From Malacoraja senta (lineage: Eukaryota), in NCBI GenBank assembly GCA_038087875.1, contig CM075992.1, positions 8,124,001 to 8,188,000 on the forward strand: a DNA stretch of 64,000 bases. Direction: 5' to 3'. Positions 1-13,465 of the stretch are shown here, piece by piece. A program made the position numbers and the translations under genes. The notes under the pieces are model-generated. The model did not search any database and was not told the DNA's origin. It was given only the letters and a program-made list of their open reading frames with translations. How positions within the stretch are numbered: the first letter of the stretch is position 1; each line of letters starts with the position of its first letter.

Positions 1-431
1 GAATGGGTGACGTATCTGGTTGGGACCCTTCAGAGGTGAACGTCGGTCCCGACCCAAAACGTCACCCATCCTTTTTCTCCAGAGATGCTGCCTGACCCGC
101 TGAGTTACTCCAGCACTGTGTGTCCATCTTCGGTATAAACCAGCATCTGCATACTGTTAGAAAAGCCCCAGATGTGGAAAACTATGAGGAACATAGGGAC
201 AGCTGTAGATCATTCAGCTCCTCAAGAATACTTTGCCATTGAGTTAAATTATTGTCTTGGTTCCACCTGCCGGTCCAGTGTCCTCATCCCTCACCCAGTA
301 ACAGTTACTGCCGTGAAGTTTTAAGTTGACCGCCGGCCTCGGCAGGTTTTGAAGGTGAGTCGTATATCACAACCATCCTTGACATGAAGTTGTAGCGCCT
401 GACATTCCCCGCTGAACAGCATACACCTTTT

Positions 432-1068
432 TCAAGTTGTGTTTTTCTTGATCTGTACCCTATCACTGAAGGAAATCAAACGCCTTGATTCAGCATCAGA
501 AGCTTCAACTTCAGTAATGTTATTTGCAGCAAAAAACATCTCTAAACGTTCGATGTACGCACTGAACCTTTCCCGGCTCTGCTGGAACTCACCCAATCGT
601 CCGACATACCTGCTGGGCACCGCCATTTTGGATTTCTAACAGTCTCACATAATTCAAACTTTGTGACCAGATTTTCAGCTTTGCCTGGCACCAAACCTTC
701 GCGGTGCCTCTGTAGAATTCCCAATTAAAGGTTCAAAGGCTCATTTATTGTCACATACACCAATTGGTGTTGTGAAATTCAAGTTGCCATTGCAGCACAT
801 TAATAAGAATACAACATAACATTATAAAGAAATTTAACATAAAACATAAAAACATCCCCCCACAATGGTTCCCACTGTGAGGGAAGGCACAAAGTCCAGT
901 CCCTTAAAGCTGGGGAATCTGCGATCCCATCCTCGTCGCCATTTTGTGATATCTTAAGCTCAGACACGGAGTACCAGTTGATTCACTGGTGACCAGAACT
1001 TCTCTGCGCATCTGTATTGTGGTTTATTCAATCATTTCCGACCCTCCAACCAAAGGTGGCGCTTTTAC
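432..1068 (-). mobile_element. Gypsy-type LTR retrotransposon remnant: LTR 3' end, primer-binding site and truncated gag N-terminus
   Basis: ORF 432-626 (VGRLGEFQQSRERFSAYIERLEMFFAANNI) is gag-like; 924-941 equals the 3' 18 nt of tRNA-Ser(GCT) including CCA; the LTR ends in ...CA at 945-946. Confidence 0.75.
731..903 (-). mobile_element. LINE 3' tail inserted into the Gypsy leader
   Basis: minus-strand ...tgtgacaataaatgagcctttgaacc tail; TTAAAG target duplication at 725-730 and 904-909. Confidence 0.55.
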
Positions 1069-1649
1069 AATAGTTTCTTTAGATTAGCCGTTAATTTTTT
1101 TAAACACCTCCCAATTATTCTGCCATGTAACTGTATTCAGGGGAACCCCAATTATTCTACGATACGATATGTCATCCCTGGAGTGAAATTCCAGTGACTT
1201 TAGTCATCCCTGGAGTGAAATTTGTCTGCCATTTAACTGTCTGTAATCAGTGGAATACATGGCTAGTCTAAAGAACCTGGCCATATTGCCTAATCCTTTT
1301 CGCCCCTGGAGTATTCAGGTGAATCTGTACTGCATCGCAGTGACAATGTATCTCCCTGAGGTGCTTTCCCCTTAATTTATTTTGTTAATTCGGATGGAGT
1401 CTGACCAGAAGTCTAAAAATCTTCGCTACTTCTAACCTTATTGTGTTAAATGCCGTAGTCACATTAGCTTTTGTGATTTTGTACATATGAAATGGAATTT
1501 AGATTTTCCCATTCTTGAATCCAAAAAACTTTTATCAACAATTTTGTGTTTTTTTCATTTTGAAAAATCTTTGATCTGTCTTGCTTCACAAACCTACCCA
1601 TTCATTTCACACCTCTCCTCTCGCTTTGCCCCACCTACTATAATCAGTC

Positions 1650-1955
1650 TGAGAACCAGGGGCCACAGTCTTAGAATAAAGGGGAAGCCATTTAAGGCTG
1701 AGGTAAGAAAAAACTTTTTCACCCAGAGAGTTGTGAATTTGTGGAATTCCCTGCCACAGAGGGCAGTGGAGGCCAAGTCACTGGATGGATTTAAGAGAGA
1801 GTTAGATCGAGCTCTCAGGGCTGGTGGAATCAAGGGATATGAGGAGAAGGCAGGCACGGGTTATTGATTGGGGACGATCAGCCATGATCACAATGAATGG
1901 CGGTGCTGGCTCGAAGGGCCGAATGGCCTCCTGCACCTATTTTCTATGTTTCTAT
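1650..1955 (+). mobile_element. CR1 LINE 3' fragment
   Basis: RTRGHSLRIKG...FFTQRVVNLWNSLP C-terminus plus tail ending ttctatgtttcta. Confidence 0.9.
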
Positions 1956-2736
1956 TTACGAAGGGTGCCTGTTCCTCCACAGATTCTGCCTGACCCTCTG
2001 CGTTATTCCAGCACTTTGTGATTTGCTCAAGATTCTGGTATCTGCAGTTCCTGTGTCTCCATTTCCCCCGCAGTGGTCACGGCCTGAGATCATAGACAAT
2101 CACATCCATTTAACTTTGCGTTAGATTTTAACCTTTCCAAAAGGGTCAGGGAACAGAACAGTTTAATTAGTTCACAAAGAAATGACTGTTACTAAAATTA
2201 TAACAGTATGATAATCTGGAACAGACACATGACCCTTAACAAATATGATGATTCCCTGGTGATGTTTTATCTGTTGTCTTTTGTTCCTTGGAAATCAATA
2301 TGTTAGGCCAAAGCTAGTATGAAGGGTCCATTCCTTAGAGCTATCAATTTGCTGCCTGTTTTTTACCCTTTGTGTCTGAACTTAAATATCCTGTATCAGG
2401 GAGTTGGCAAATTCACGATTCAAGATTCAAGAGAGTTTATTGTCATGTGTCCCAGATAGGACAATGAAATTCTTGCTTTGCTTCAGCACAACAGAATATA
2501 GTAGGCATTGACTACAAAACAGATCAGTGTGTCCATATACCATTATATAAATATATACAAATGCTTCCCAGTCCAGCAATATCTTACATTTCCCGGCAGA
2601 CAACCATTTTTGCATTGATTAAACATTTGTTAAATGAACACCCTTCCTCACTACTGGATTGTTCAAGTCATGGCTGAGGCCAGGAGCCAGCCCTCAGACA
2701 CCTCCTACGTACCTTTGGACCCGCGACCCCACAGAT

Positions 2737-3127
2737 AAGACACAAAAAGCTGGAGTAACTCAGCGGGTGAGGCAGCATGTCTGGAGAGAAGGAATGGGTG
2801 ACGTTTCGAGTCGAGACCCTTCTTCGGACTGATGTCAGGGGAGGAGGCGGGACAAAGATAGAATGTAGGCAGAGACAGTAAGACTACTTTGAGAACTGGG
2901 AAGGACAGCCCTTGCTTTCTCTCTCCATCCCCTTCCCCTTCCCAGTTCTCCCTCTAGTCTTACTGTCTCCGCCTACATTCTATCTTTGTCCTGCCCCCTC
3001 CCCTGATCAGTCTGAAGAAGGGTCTCGACCCGAAACGTCACCCATTCCTTCTCTCCAGAGATGCTGCCTCACCCACGGAGTTACTCCAGCTTTTTGTGTC
3101 TATCTTCGATTTAAACCAGCATCTGCT
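2737..3127. mobile_element. Inverted pair of Penelope-like element terminal segments
   Basis: minus copy about 2737-2904 and plus copy about 2909-3127 are reverse complements; same sequence family as the 3' end of the GIY-YIG elements at 51860-53325 and 55490-56382. Confidence 0.8.
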
Positions 3128-4390
3128 CTTTCTTACCCTACAGATGATGTCCGATTATCTTTATCATCGTTACTTTTTTGCATATCTTTCACTCATTTGT
3201 TCTCCATCTCTCTATATCACCATCAATATGTCTCTCGTTTCCCTTTCCCCTGACTCAGCCTGAAGAAGGTTCTCGACCGAAAAACGTCACCTATTCCATT
3301 TCTCCAGAGATGCTGTCTGACCCGCTGAATTACTCCAGCTTTTTATGCCTTATTCAAGTATCCTTGGTTTGCCTTTTTTAAACAACCATTTGGACAAACC
3401 CTCTCTGGGACTAACTTGATCGTCTCAAAGGTTTATGTTAAAGGTATTGACATAAAGCATCTTTCTTTCTCGTGCAAGTATCCCAGCCAGTTAATTTTTT
3501 TTTCTCAAAGAAAATTTGGCAAAACTTAACTTGCTGAGATAACTGGGGCAGATTGTTACTTTTAGACCTCTGGTAAAGATAAAATGTGTTGATAATTTGA
3601 AGTTAAAGGATGCAATGGTTCTTTCTTCTCCGATATATCTTTTCCAACTGCCATGCCCAGACTATTTAAAATCTTTGTGTAGTCAATAAATGCCCCAACC
3701 TGCCAAGCTATATTCCAGCCAAATAATTCATGTTCATAAGTGATAGGATTAGAATTAGGCCATTCGGCCCATCAAGTCTATGGCTGATCAACCATGGCTG
3801 ATCTAGCTCTCCCTCTCAACCCCATTCTCCGCATTGCCCCTGACACCTGTATTCCTTGTAATCAAAATAATCCACAACCTAACTTTTTAAACTTTATGTT
3901 AACTTGGACTCCAAGTTCTGTATTAGACTGAATTGTGACCCCAACTATTGGAAGTATTTTCCCTCTGATACCTATAAACTTCAGTGTTGCTCATGCCAGA
4001 CTTGATCAAGTGCTTCCTTGATGTCAAGGGCAGTCACTTTCATCTCAGCTCTTTGCAAAACTGTTATGAAGTCTAGAGCTAAGAATCCTGGCTGAACCCA
4101 ATCTGAGACAAGTGACAAGGTCATTAGTAAATACTACTTGAAAGCCATCCCTCACTACTGATAGGGCAGTAATTTATGAGGTTGGATTGAATGTGATGTA
4201 CAGGACATACGCTGGCAGTTTCCACATTGTGTGCTCGTGTTCAGTGCGGTCTCTGTGGGCCAAAGGGCCTGTGTCATGCCGTGTGTTTCTATGACTGTGT
4301 ACGAGACATGTAACATCATGGTCAAATGTTGCAGGTCCGAGTTCATAATGACCATTCCATGACCGCTGCTTCTTTGTATGTTTGTGTCAG

Positions 4391-4504
4391 CGATATCAGG
4401 CTGAGATCAGTGACCTGGAAAATCTGGGCGAGATTGGCAGTGGTACGTGCGGGCAGGTGTGGAAAATGAGGTTCAAGAAATCAGGACACATAATAGCAGT
4501 GAAG
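4391..4504 (+). CDS. MAP2K7: MAP2K7 coding exon (RYQAEISDLENLGEIGSGTCGQVWKMRFKKSGHIIAVK; kinase G-loop and AVK lysine). Upstream exons are outside the window
   Basis: tgtcag| acceptor and |gtaagt donor, 114 nt; translation closely matches MKK7 kinase subdomains I-II. Confidence 0.96.
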
Positions 4505-4732
4505 GTAAGTAAGGCACACGCAATCAGATTGAAGGGGAGCGGGAGATGATCGTACGTCTTGTTTCTTATTTATAATACTAATACAAGTGGAGAAAAATAT
4601 CTTATGTAGTGTTCTTTTTTAATCATAAAAGGCTGAGTGCAAATGTAACTCCAGGTAAACTTGAACCATAAAAATCATTGAATGTTCTTATAGCGCAGAC
4701 TTGTTGTTCTGCACCTGGATTTTACTGGGGTG

Positions 4733-5043
4733 TTTAGTTTAGTTTAGTTTGGAGATATAGTGCGGAAGCAGGTCCTTCGGCCCACCAAGCACGGGCCGAC
4801 CAGCCATTCCCGCACACTATCACTATCCCACACACACCAGGGACAGTTTACAATTATACCCAAAGCCAATTAACCTACAAACCTGCACGTCTTTGGAGTG
4901 TGGGAGGAAACTGGAGCACCCGGAGAAAACCCACGCAGGTCGCAGGGAGAACGTGCAAACTCCGTACAGACAGCACCCGTAGTCAGGATTGAACCCGGGA
5001 CTCTGATGCTGTAATGCAGCAACTCGACCTCTGCGCCCCGGGT
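4733..5043 (-). mobile_element. HE1-like tRNA-derived V-SINE
   Basis: tRNA-like head, V-domain (ggtttcctcccacactccaaagac), CR1-like tail ending (ctaaa)n; many copies in the window. Confidence 0.85.
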
Positions 5044-5830
5044 GATTGAGATTGAATGAGATTGGGGGCAGAAGGAAGCAGTTTGAAGGGAATTCAGGAT
5101 GGAGAGGATCAAAGAGAGACGGGGAAGTTCACGAATTAGCAAGGTAAGCAGCTAAAAGAACATCAAGCAGCACAGGAAATCAAACTACAGGAAAATGCTG
5201 CATTGACAAAATTAAAGGCCCTGTATCCGAACAAGAATAAAATTAAAGTCTGAAGTTAGAAAATTAGAGTTTGTAGAAGGGTCTCAACCCGAAACGTCGC
5301 CCATTCCTTCTCTCCAGAGATGCTGCCTGTCCCGCTGAGTTACTCCAGCATTTTGTGTCTACCTTTGGTGCAAACCAGCATCTGCAGTTCCTTCATACAC
5401 AGAAAATTAAAGCCCCTGGATACGAAGATGATAGAATTTGTCATTGAGTTTGATGGTGAAGGAGGATCACTGTGAAACCTGGGTCTTCAATCGAAGTAAA
5501 GGAAATCATGACAGTATGAGAGGAAAACTGGCTGTGGTGGATTGGAAGAACTCATTGATAAATATGATGTTGGATAGGCAATGGTTAGCATTTACAGAAA
5601 TAATAAATGCATTGCAAAGAAAAAATCCCTTTAAGGCATGGAGAAAGTAATTCAGCAGTAGCTGACAAGAAATGAAAGACTGCAATTCAAGAGAACGGCT
5701 CATGCGGTTGCCAGAAATAGCTGTAGGCCTGAGGATTGGATACGTCTTCAAACACACAAAGGACCAAGTAACTGACAGAGAAAAACAAGATAGAATGAGA
5801 CTGGCGGAAAATGTAACAATAGATTGTAAG

Positions 5831-6150
5831 AGGCGGTGCAGCAGTAGAGTTGATGCCTTCCAGCACCAGACCAGGGTTCGATTCTGACTAAGGGTGCTTG
5901 TCTGTACGGAGTTTGTACGTTCTCCCCGTGACCTGCGTGAGTTTTCGCCGAGATCTTCAGTTTCCTCCCATCACCATCACCACCATCCAAAGATGTACAG
6001 AAGTGCAGGTTTGTTGGTTAATTGGCTTGGTATAATTGTAAATTGTCCCTCGTGTGTGTAGGGTAGTGTTAATATGCCGGGGTCGCTGGTCGGTTCGGAC
6101 CCGGTGGGCCGAAGGGGCCGTTTCCATGCTGAATCTCTAAACTAAACTAA
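5831..6150 (+). mobile_element. HE1-like V-SINE
   Basis: same family, plus orientation, ctaaactaaactaaa tail. Confidence 0.85.
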
Positions 6151-7800
6151 AGAGCTTCGAGAAGGAACAGAGTGAGACAGGAAAATATATAATCAGCACT
6201 AAAGAAATGGAAGAAGAATTTAGACAATTACGTTGGGTCTGTCTACATGGAAGATGAGACACAAAATATTAGAAAATCAAGGGTCTTGCGTGAACAAAGA
6301 ATTTAAAGAACTAATATTAGTCAAAAATAGAGAGGGTGGTGAATTTAAAAACCCATAAATGCGAATGACCCAATGATTTATACGGCAGAGTTTTGAAAGA
6401 TACTCTGAGAAGACCAAATATATTTCCATATATGCTGAGGACATTAAGCTAGGTGGGATTGTGAATATGTGGCTGGATGTATAAAGCTTCAGTGAACTAT
6501 GGACAAGGTAAGTGAGGACAAAGTAAATAGTCCCTAGTGTGTGTAGCGTAGTGTTAATGTGCCGGGATCGCTGGTCGGTGCGGACCCGCTAATAGTGCAA
6601 TCATATTCTATGTAGCTCAGAGCTTATTTGGGGTTGTAGTGTTTAGTAGCCGAATGGCTGTAGGGACGAAGCTGTTCCTGAACCTGGACGTTTCAGTTTG
6701 CAGGCTCTGATCAGGCTCATTTTTCATTTTACAGTTTTCAGGCTCATAAAGACACCTCTGTCAGGTGGTAAGGTTTCCCGCTATCCACTCTATCTCTGCC
6801 CGTCATAACTTATAAACCTCTATTAAGTTCCCCCTCCACCAAGATCAAAGACTTGAGGGTATGGGGAAATGGCAGAATGAGGTTGATTATATAAAATGGT
6901 GGGGCAGGCTTGAGGGAGCAAGTGACCACCTCCTGTGTCTATTTTCTTAACTTGTGCGCACTGGACCCAATATTCAAGCCGTGGTTTGTACTAAGGTTTG
7001 CTCACTCTTATATTCTATACCCTGGCTATTGAAAGCCAGCACCCCATTTGATTTCCTCACCAAAGGAACAAAGTGCAGGAGTAATTCAGCGGGTCAGGCA
7101 GTATCTGTGGAGAACATGGATGGATGGATGACGTTTCGGATCGGACATTTCAAGCAACTGAACCATCCTATGACAACCAGAGAGCAGTGCTGAACCACTA
7201 TCTACCACATCGGTGACCCTCAGACTATCCTTGATTGGACTTTACCTTGCACTAAACGCTATTCCCTTATCATGTATCTATACACTGAATGGCTCGATTG
7301 CAATCAAGTATTGTCTTTCCGCTGACTGGATAGCACGCAACAAAAGCTTTTCACAGTACCTCGGTACACGTGACAATAAACGAAACTGGATCGGTACCCA
7401 TTTCCAAGGTCGCAACCCGAAAGATCACCTCTCTGTGTTCTCCAGAGATGCTGACTGGCCCACTGAGTTACTCCAGCACTTTGTGTCCTTTTGTGAAAAC
7501 TAGCATCTGCAGTCCCCTGTTTCTGCTCCCGTCACCGTCCTATTTACTGGTGCTGCCACCTTCAGGGATCTTTAGGCTTGTGCACCAAGATTCCTTTATT
7601 ACTCAATACTTCGCAAGACCCTGCTATCTCATATGTAGGCTGCCCGTATGTGATGCCTGAAAATGCATCACTCTCACACTTACAGGGATTCCATATAACA
7701 TTACCCAGTCCATTTTATCAGCTGATCAATTCTGTAAATTGAGACTACCCTCCTCATTATCAGTAACATCACCAGATTCCCTGTCATTGTAAACTTATCT

Positions 7801-8103
7801 AGTTTAGAGATACAACGCGGAAACAGGCCCTTCGGCCCACTGAGTCCGCACCGACCAGCGATCCCCACACACTAGCTCTATCCTACACACACTGGGGACA
7901 ATTTACACACACACACCAAGCCAATTAACCTACAAACCTGTACGTGTTTGGAGTGTGGGAGGAAACCGAAGATCTTGGTGAAAACTCACAGGGAGAACGT
8001 ACAAACTCCGTACTGACAGCACCCGTAGTCGGGTTCGAACCCGGGTCCCCGGTACTGCAAGCATTGTAAGGCAGCAACTCTACCGCTGCGCCACTGAGCC
8101 ACC
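7801..8103 (-). mobile_element. HE1-like V-SINE
   Basis: same family. Confidence 0.85.
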
Positions 8104-8791
8104 CACAGGTCATTAATCATAGGTCTGCATTCATAAGATGTACACCAAACAGCAAGGGTCCGGACACCAACACTTCCTATGCCATACACTAGTCACAGGC
8201 TGGCAATCACAATAACAGCCCTTCAACTATCACCCTCTTTTTCTTATCCTCATTGGAGACCCTTGGAATAACTTTAATCAGACTACTGGACATTATCTTG
8301 CACTAAACGTTATTCCACTTAACATGTATCTAGATGGCCTGATTGCAATCATGTATTGTTTTCCACTGATTAGGACGCAACAAAATTGGTTAGCACGCAA
8401 CAAAAACTTTTCACTGTACCTCTGTACATGTGACAATAAACTGAACTAAAGCAAGCTAATTTTGGATTCAGTTTGTCAACTAGTCTTGGATCTCATGGGC
8501 TCGTCCTAATGACAAGTGGCCGTGCTGTCAAGGTAGTCACTCCTAACTCATCTCTGGAAACGCATGGTATAGCCCATGCTTGCACCAAGGATGTCAAATG
8601 TTCAACGGTTTGGTGGAACTTAAACTGATCATCAGTCATTTGTTTCTGTTGAAATGTCATTCACCAAATTTGATTACAATTGAGCCATCCACTGTGTACA
8701 GATACATGATGAAGGGAATAACTTTTAGTGCATTGCCTATTTCCCTCTCCATAGATGCTGCCTGACAGATATTTCCAGTTTTTCATTTGGA

Positions 8792-9360
8792 GACAATAGA
8801 CAATAGGTGCAGGAGTAGGCCATTCGGCCCTTCAAGCCAGCACCGCCATTCAATGTGATCATGGCTGATCATCCACAATCAGTACCCCGTTCCTTCCTTC
8901 TCCCCATATCCCCTGACTCCGCTATCTTTAAGAGCCCTATCTAGCTCTCTCTTGAAAGTATCCGGAGAACCGGCCTCCACCGCCCTCTGAGGCAGAGAAT
9001 TCCACACTCACAAATCTCTGTGAGAAAAAGTGTTTCCTCGTCTCCGTTCTAAATGGCTTACCCCTTATTTTGGTTTTAGTTTTAGAGATACAGGCCCTTC
9101 GGCCCTCCGAGTCCACGCTAACAAGCAAGCACCAGACTAACACTGTCCTGCACATACTAGGGACAATTTACAATTATACCAAGCCAATTAACCTACAAAC
9201 CTGTACATCTTTGTAGTGTGGGAGGAAACCGGAGAAAACCCATGCAGGTCATGGGGAGAACGTACAAGCTCTGTACTGGCAGTAGCCATAGTCAGGATCG
9301 AACCCGAGTCTCTGGTGCTGTAAGGCAGCAACTCTACCACTGCGCCACCGTGCCGACCCA
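8792..9360 (-). mobile_element. CR1 3' fragment abutting an HE1-like SINE
   Basis: (agacaat)n CR1 tail and CR1 ORF2 end at 8792-9070, then SINE at 9070-9360. Confidence 0.8.
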
Positions 9361-9437
9361 CAATTTGTGTGTCCTCATGAATTGTGTGCAGGTTTCAAAA
9401 TGGTAACACAAAAATGTTTTGTTGTTGTGGTTTTCAG

Positions 9438-9557
9438 CAAATGCGTCGCTCAGGTAACAAAGAAGAGAACAAACGAATCCTGATGGATCTGGATGTGGTG
9501 TTGAAGAGTCATGACTGTCCTTACATCGTGCAGTGCTATGGCACCTTCATCACCAAT
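9438..9557 (+). CDS. MAP2K7: MAP2K7 coding exon (QMRRSGNKEENKRILMDLDVVLKSHDCPYIVQCYGTFITN)
   Basis: ttttcag| ... |gtaagc, 120 nt, phase 0, MKK7 sequence. Confidence 0.97.
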
Positions 9558-9585
9558 GTAAGCACCTTCTCACCTTGTGTCTTCC

Positions 9586-9893
9586 TTTAGTTTAGTTTAG
9601 AGATACAGTGCGGGGACATGCTCTTCGGCCCACCGTGTCCACGCCGGCCAGCGATCCCCACCCACTAGGTCCATGCTACACACTAGGGACAATTTACAAT
9701 CTTTACCAAAGCCAATTAATTAACCTACAACCCCCCACATTTTTGGAGTGTGGGAAGAAACCAAAGCTTCTTTGGGGGGAAAACCCACTCGCTCACGAGA
9801 AGAACGTACAAACTCCATACGGAGAGAACCCATAGTCAGGATCGAACCTTGTGCTGTAAGGCAGCAACTCTACCGCTGTGTCACTGTGCCACC
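9586..9893 (-). mobile_element. HE1-like V-SINE
   Basis: same family, fills most of a short MAP2K7 intron. Confidence 0.85.
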
Positions 9894-9996
9894 CCTTGTT
9901 AAAACATTCCGCTCGTGATGACAGAGACACCTTGGCCTGTGCTTGTTAATCTCGAGACTGTGTAATGATCCAGGGTTGTTTTCCTGCAATGTGCAG

Positions 9997-10104
9997 ACAG
10001 ATGTGTTCATTGCCATGGAACTGATGGGCACGTGCGCTGAGAAGCTGAAGAAACGCATTCAGGGGCCTATTCCAGAAAGGATTCTCGGCAAAATGACCGT
10101 TGCG
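9997..10104 (+). CDS. MAP2K7: MAP2K7 coding exon (TDVFIAMELMGTCAEKLKKRIQGPIPERILGKMTVA)
   Basis: gtgcag| ... |gtaagt, 108 nt. Confidence 0.97.
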
Positions 10105-10189
10105 GTAAGTAAGGGTTGAGAACGAGACAAGCAACCACTTAACTGCCTGAAACCATGCAAAGAGAATATTCTCAATATTCTGAGATAAA

Positions 10190-10617
10190 GTTTATAGATC
10201 GACTGGGCTTATATTCACTGGAATTTCGAAGGATGAGAGGTTATCTTATAGAAACATAAAATTCTTACGGGATTGGACAGGCGAGATGCAGGAAAAGTGT
10301 TCCCCATGTTGGGGCAGTCCAGAACCAGGGGTCACAGTTTAAGAATAAGGGGTAGGCCATTTAGGACTGAGATGAGGAAAAACGTTTTCACCCAGAGAGT
10401 TGTGAATCTGTGGAATTCTCTGCCACAGAAGGCAGTGGAGGCCAATTCACTGGATGTTTTCAAGAGAGAGTTTAATAGAGCTTAGTGCTAATGGAATCAA
10501 AGGATCTGGGGAGAAAGCAGGAACGGGGTACTGATTTTGGATGATCAGCCATGATCTTATTGCTGGCTCGAAGGGCCCAATGGCCTACTCCTGCACCAAT
10601 TTTCTATGTTTCTATGT
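10190..10617 (+). mobile_element. CR1 LINE 3' fragment
   Basis: LGLYSLEFRRMRG...WNSLP motifs and tail. Confidence 0.9.
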
Positions 10618-11689
10618 TAACATGAGGAGAAAAGTTAGATAGTCTCATGGTGCACTACTAGTTTCAGTGTACAATGATGACTGAACGTCCCTTTTTGAGT
10701 TGCGATTGTGAGAGAGGGGGGAATTCTGGTCGGTCGTTGGAAGTATTTCCTGCTTTCTGTCCTCATTCGAGAAGATAATCACGGCCTCAGTTTGACACGC
10801 CATCGGGCATTTTAAAAGCAGAGATTGATGGTTCTTTATTAGTACGGGTGTCAAAGGGGAGATGGCAGGAGAATGGGGTTGAGAGGGAAAAATAGATCAG
10901 CCATGATGGGCCGAATGGTCTGATTCTGCTCCATATCTTATGGAAGGCAGCACTTCCATTTTCTGTCGCTCAGCATTCCAGTGCAAAAATGTCTTTGATT
11001 ACGGGTTCGTATTCATAATGTTGAACTTTGTCACTTGGGCAGAGTAGCTACCGACTTAAAGAGCCGACACGTTGAGTTTCCACGTACCGTGAAATCTTAT
11101 TTTAGTACATCAATAAAAAGTATTCAAAACCACAGGTGTAAAAAGACAATGCCGTTTTGCAAACCCCTCTTGTAGCAGGGATAGTTTTACTGTCGAAGAT
11201 GGACACAAAAAGCTGGAGTAACTCAGCGGGTCAGGCAGCATCTCTGAAGAAAAGGAATAGGTGATGTTTTGGGTCGAGACCCTTCTTCAGACTGAGAGTT
11301 GTGGATAGGGAGACTAGAGGTATGAAAAGGTACAGGGAACAAATGAATGTTTAAGCATTCCCATGAGCTTTAACTGTACCATGAACTCTCAAGAATTCTG
11401 GCAACATCGGCCAAGAAGGGAAGCAGTTCGTGAGTTGGCTGTCACACACCAAGAAAGGCGAGTGCCATCCCAGATGTGGGTGTAACAGCTGTAATATAAC
11501 ATTGTCCCGTGGATGTTACGGGTCCATGATCGCACCGGGGCAGAGTTAGCACAGGGTTGTGCATGCCCTTCACTGTGGCTGTCAGTTTGGGGCACTTGTA
11601 TTCATCCCAGCATACGATACGATACAACAGAGGAGGGAAATTGATCTGCCAACATTCAGAAGATACAAACTACATGAAACAGGAAATTA

Positions 11690-12050
11690 AGTCAAGTCAA
11701 GTCACTTTTATTTCTATAGCACATTTAAAAAACAACCCTCGTTGACCAAAGTGCTTTACATTGGTGGAGGTACTAATGTTATACAACAGTGGTTCATAGA
11801 TTAAGTACATACATAAATACACACATACAGCCCTCCCTCAGAGGACGTCAAGAAAGGCTTGAGAGTGAAGATGAGTTTTAAGTCTCGACTTGAAAGAATC
11901 GATGGAGGGGGCAGTTCTGATGGGAAGAGGGATGCTGTTCCACAGTCTAGGAGCTGCAAGCGCAAAGACGCAGTCGCCCCTGAGCTTATGCCTAGACCGC
12001 AGGATGTTCAGTAACCCCAAGTCAGCCGATCTGAGGGACCTGGAGCTGGT
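11690..12050 (-). mobile_element. L2-clade LINE 3' fragment
   Basis: LRSADLGLL...GDCVFALAAPRLWNSIP...FKSRLKTHL; (ttgac)n tail. Confidence 0.8.
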
Positions 12051-12296
12051 GTGGTGGACGAGTGGAAAGAATTGGGGATGTGCAAAGATTGGGGAGGGAA
12101 GGGGAGTCAGTCTACCCCACGACAGAAGGGGGAGGAGTTGTACAGTTTGATAGCCACAGGGAAGAAGGATCTCCTGTGGCGTTCTGTGCTGCATCTTGGT
12201 GGAACCAGTCTGTTGCTAAAGGTGCTCCTCATGTTAATTCCTCACATTACACCAGGGCATGAGCTAAAACTCCAAGCCACACTGAGCATTTGTGAA

Positions 12297-12600
12297 GTTT
12301 AGTTTTAGTTTCATTTAATTTAGAGATACAACACAGAAACAGGCCCTTCGGCCCGCCGGGTCCACACATTAATACTACCCTACAAACACTAGGGACAGTT
12401 TTTACATTTGCACTAAGCCAATTAACCTACAAACTTGTACGTCTTTGGGGTGTGGAAGGAAACCCGAGCACCCGGAGAAAACCCACGCAGGTCACGGGGA
12501 GAACGTACAAACTCCGTACAGACAGCACCCGTAGTCAGGATCGAAGCCGGGTCTCTGACCTGTAAAGCAGTAGCTCTCCTGCTATGCCACCATGCCGCCC
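12297..12600 (-). mobile_element. HE1-like V-SINE
   Basis: same family. Confidence 0.85.
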
Positions 12601-12904
12601 TGTTTAACTTCAAACATGAAGGTCAGAAAGTAGGAGCTGCAGATTTATAAAAGAAGACAGAGTGCTGGAGTAGCTCAGCGGGTAGAGCAGAAACACAAAT
12701 CGTTGCCTATCTGTGTTCTTTGCTGCTGCCTGTCCCGCTGAGCGATTCCAGCACTCTATGTCTTTGTTTTATAAAGATCAAGTCTCCATCTGTTGATAAA
12801 GATCCCTCCATCATCAAGCCTATGATCTGTAACGTCTGCTCACCAACGCGAGTTTGTGCGACAGTCGACAGCAATAAAAGAAAATACATTGGAAAGATAA
12901 AATG

Positions 12905-13180
12905 TTTAAGAAAGAACTGCAGATGCTGGAAAAATCGAAGGTAGACAAAAATGCTGGAGAAACTCAGCGGGTGAGGCATCATCTATGGAGCGAAGGAATA
13001 GGCGACGTTTCGGGTCTGAAGACGGGTCTCGACCCGAAACGTCACCTATTCCTTCCCTCCATAGATGCTGCCTCACCTGCTGAGTTTCAGACTGATGGTC
13101 TCGACCCGAAACGTCACCTATTCCTTCTCTCCATAGATGCTGCCTCACCCGCTGAGTTTCTCCAGCATTTTTGTCGACCT
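12905..13180. mobile_element. Penelope-like terminal repeat cluster (one inverted copy plus two tandem copies)
   Basis: minus copy 12905-13014, plus copies starting about 13015 and 13092. Confidence 0.8.
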
Positions 13181-13285
13181 TGGAAAGATAAAAAGTGGCA
13201 GAGTGATGTGACATTTTCGTCTGCTGGCGTTACTGCGTCCCACATCAATAGTAGAAATGTTCCTTTCTTTCCCCTAAAAAAACAG

Positions 13286-13465
13286 ATTGTCAAAGCTCTC
13301 TTCTACCTGAAGGAAAAGCATGGTGTCATTCACAGAGATGTCAAACCTTCCAACATTCTTCTGGATGAGCGGGGACAAATCAAGTTGTGTGATTTTGGGA
13401 TTAGCGGGAGACTGGTGGACTCGAAAGCAAAGACGAGGAGTGCAGGCTGTGCAGCGTACATGGCG
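13286..13465 (+). CDS. MAP2K7: MAP2K7 coding exon ([60 protein letters not shown])
   Basis: aacag| ... |gtgagt, 180 nt; HRD, DFG and the MKK7 SKAKT activation motif. Confidence 0.98.

Noticed and set aside
364..371. ATATCACA as the start of a second Gypsy LTR
   Set aside because: No polypurine tract and no similarity to the LTR sequence at 945 onward.
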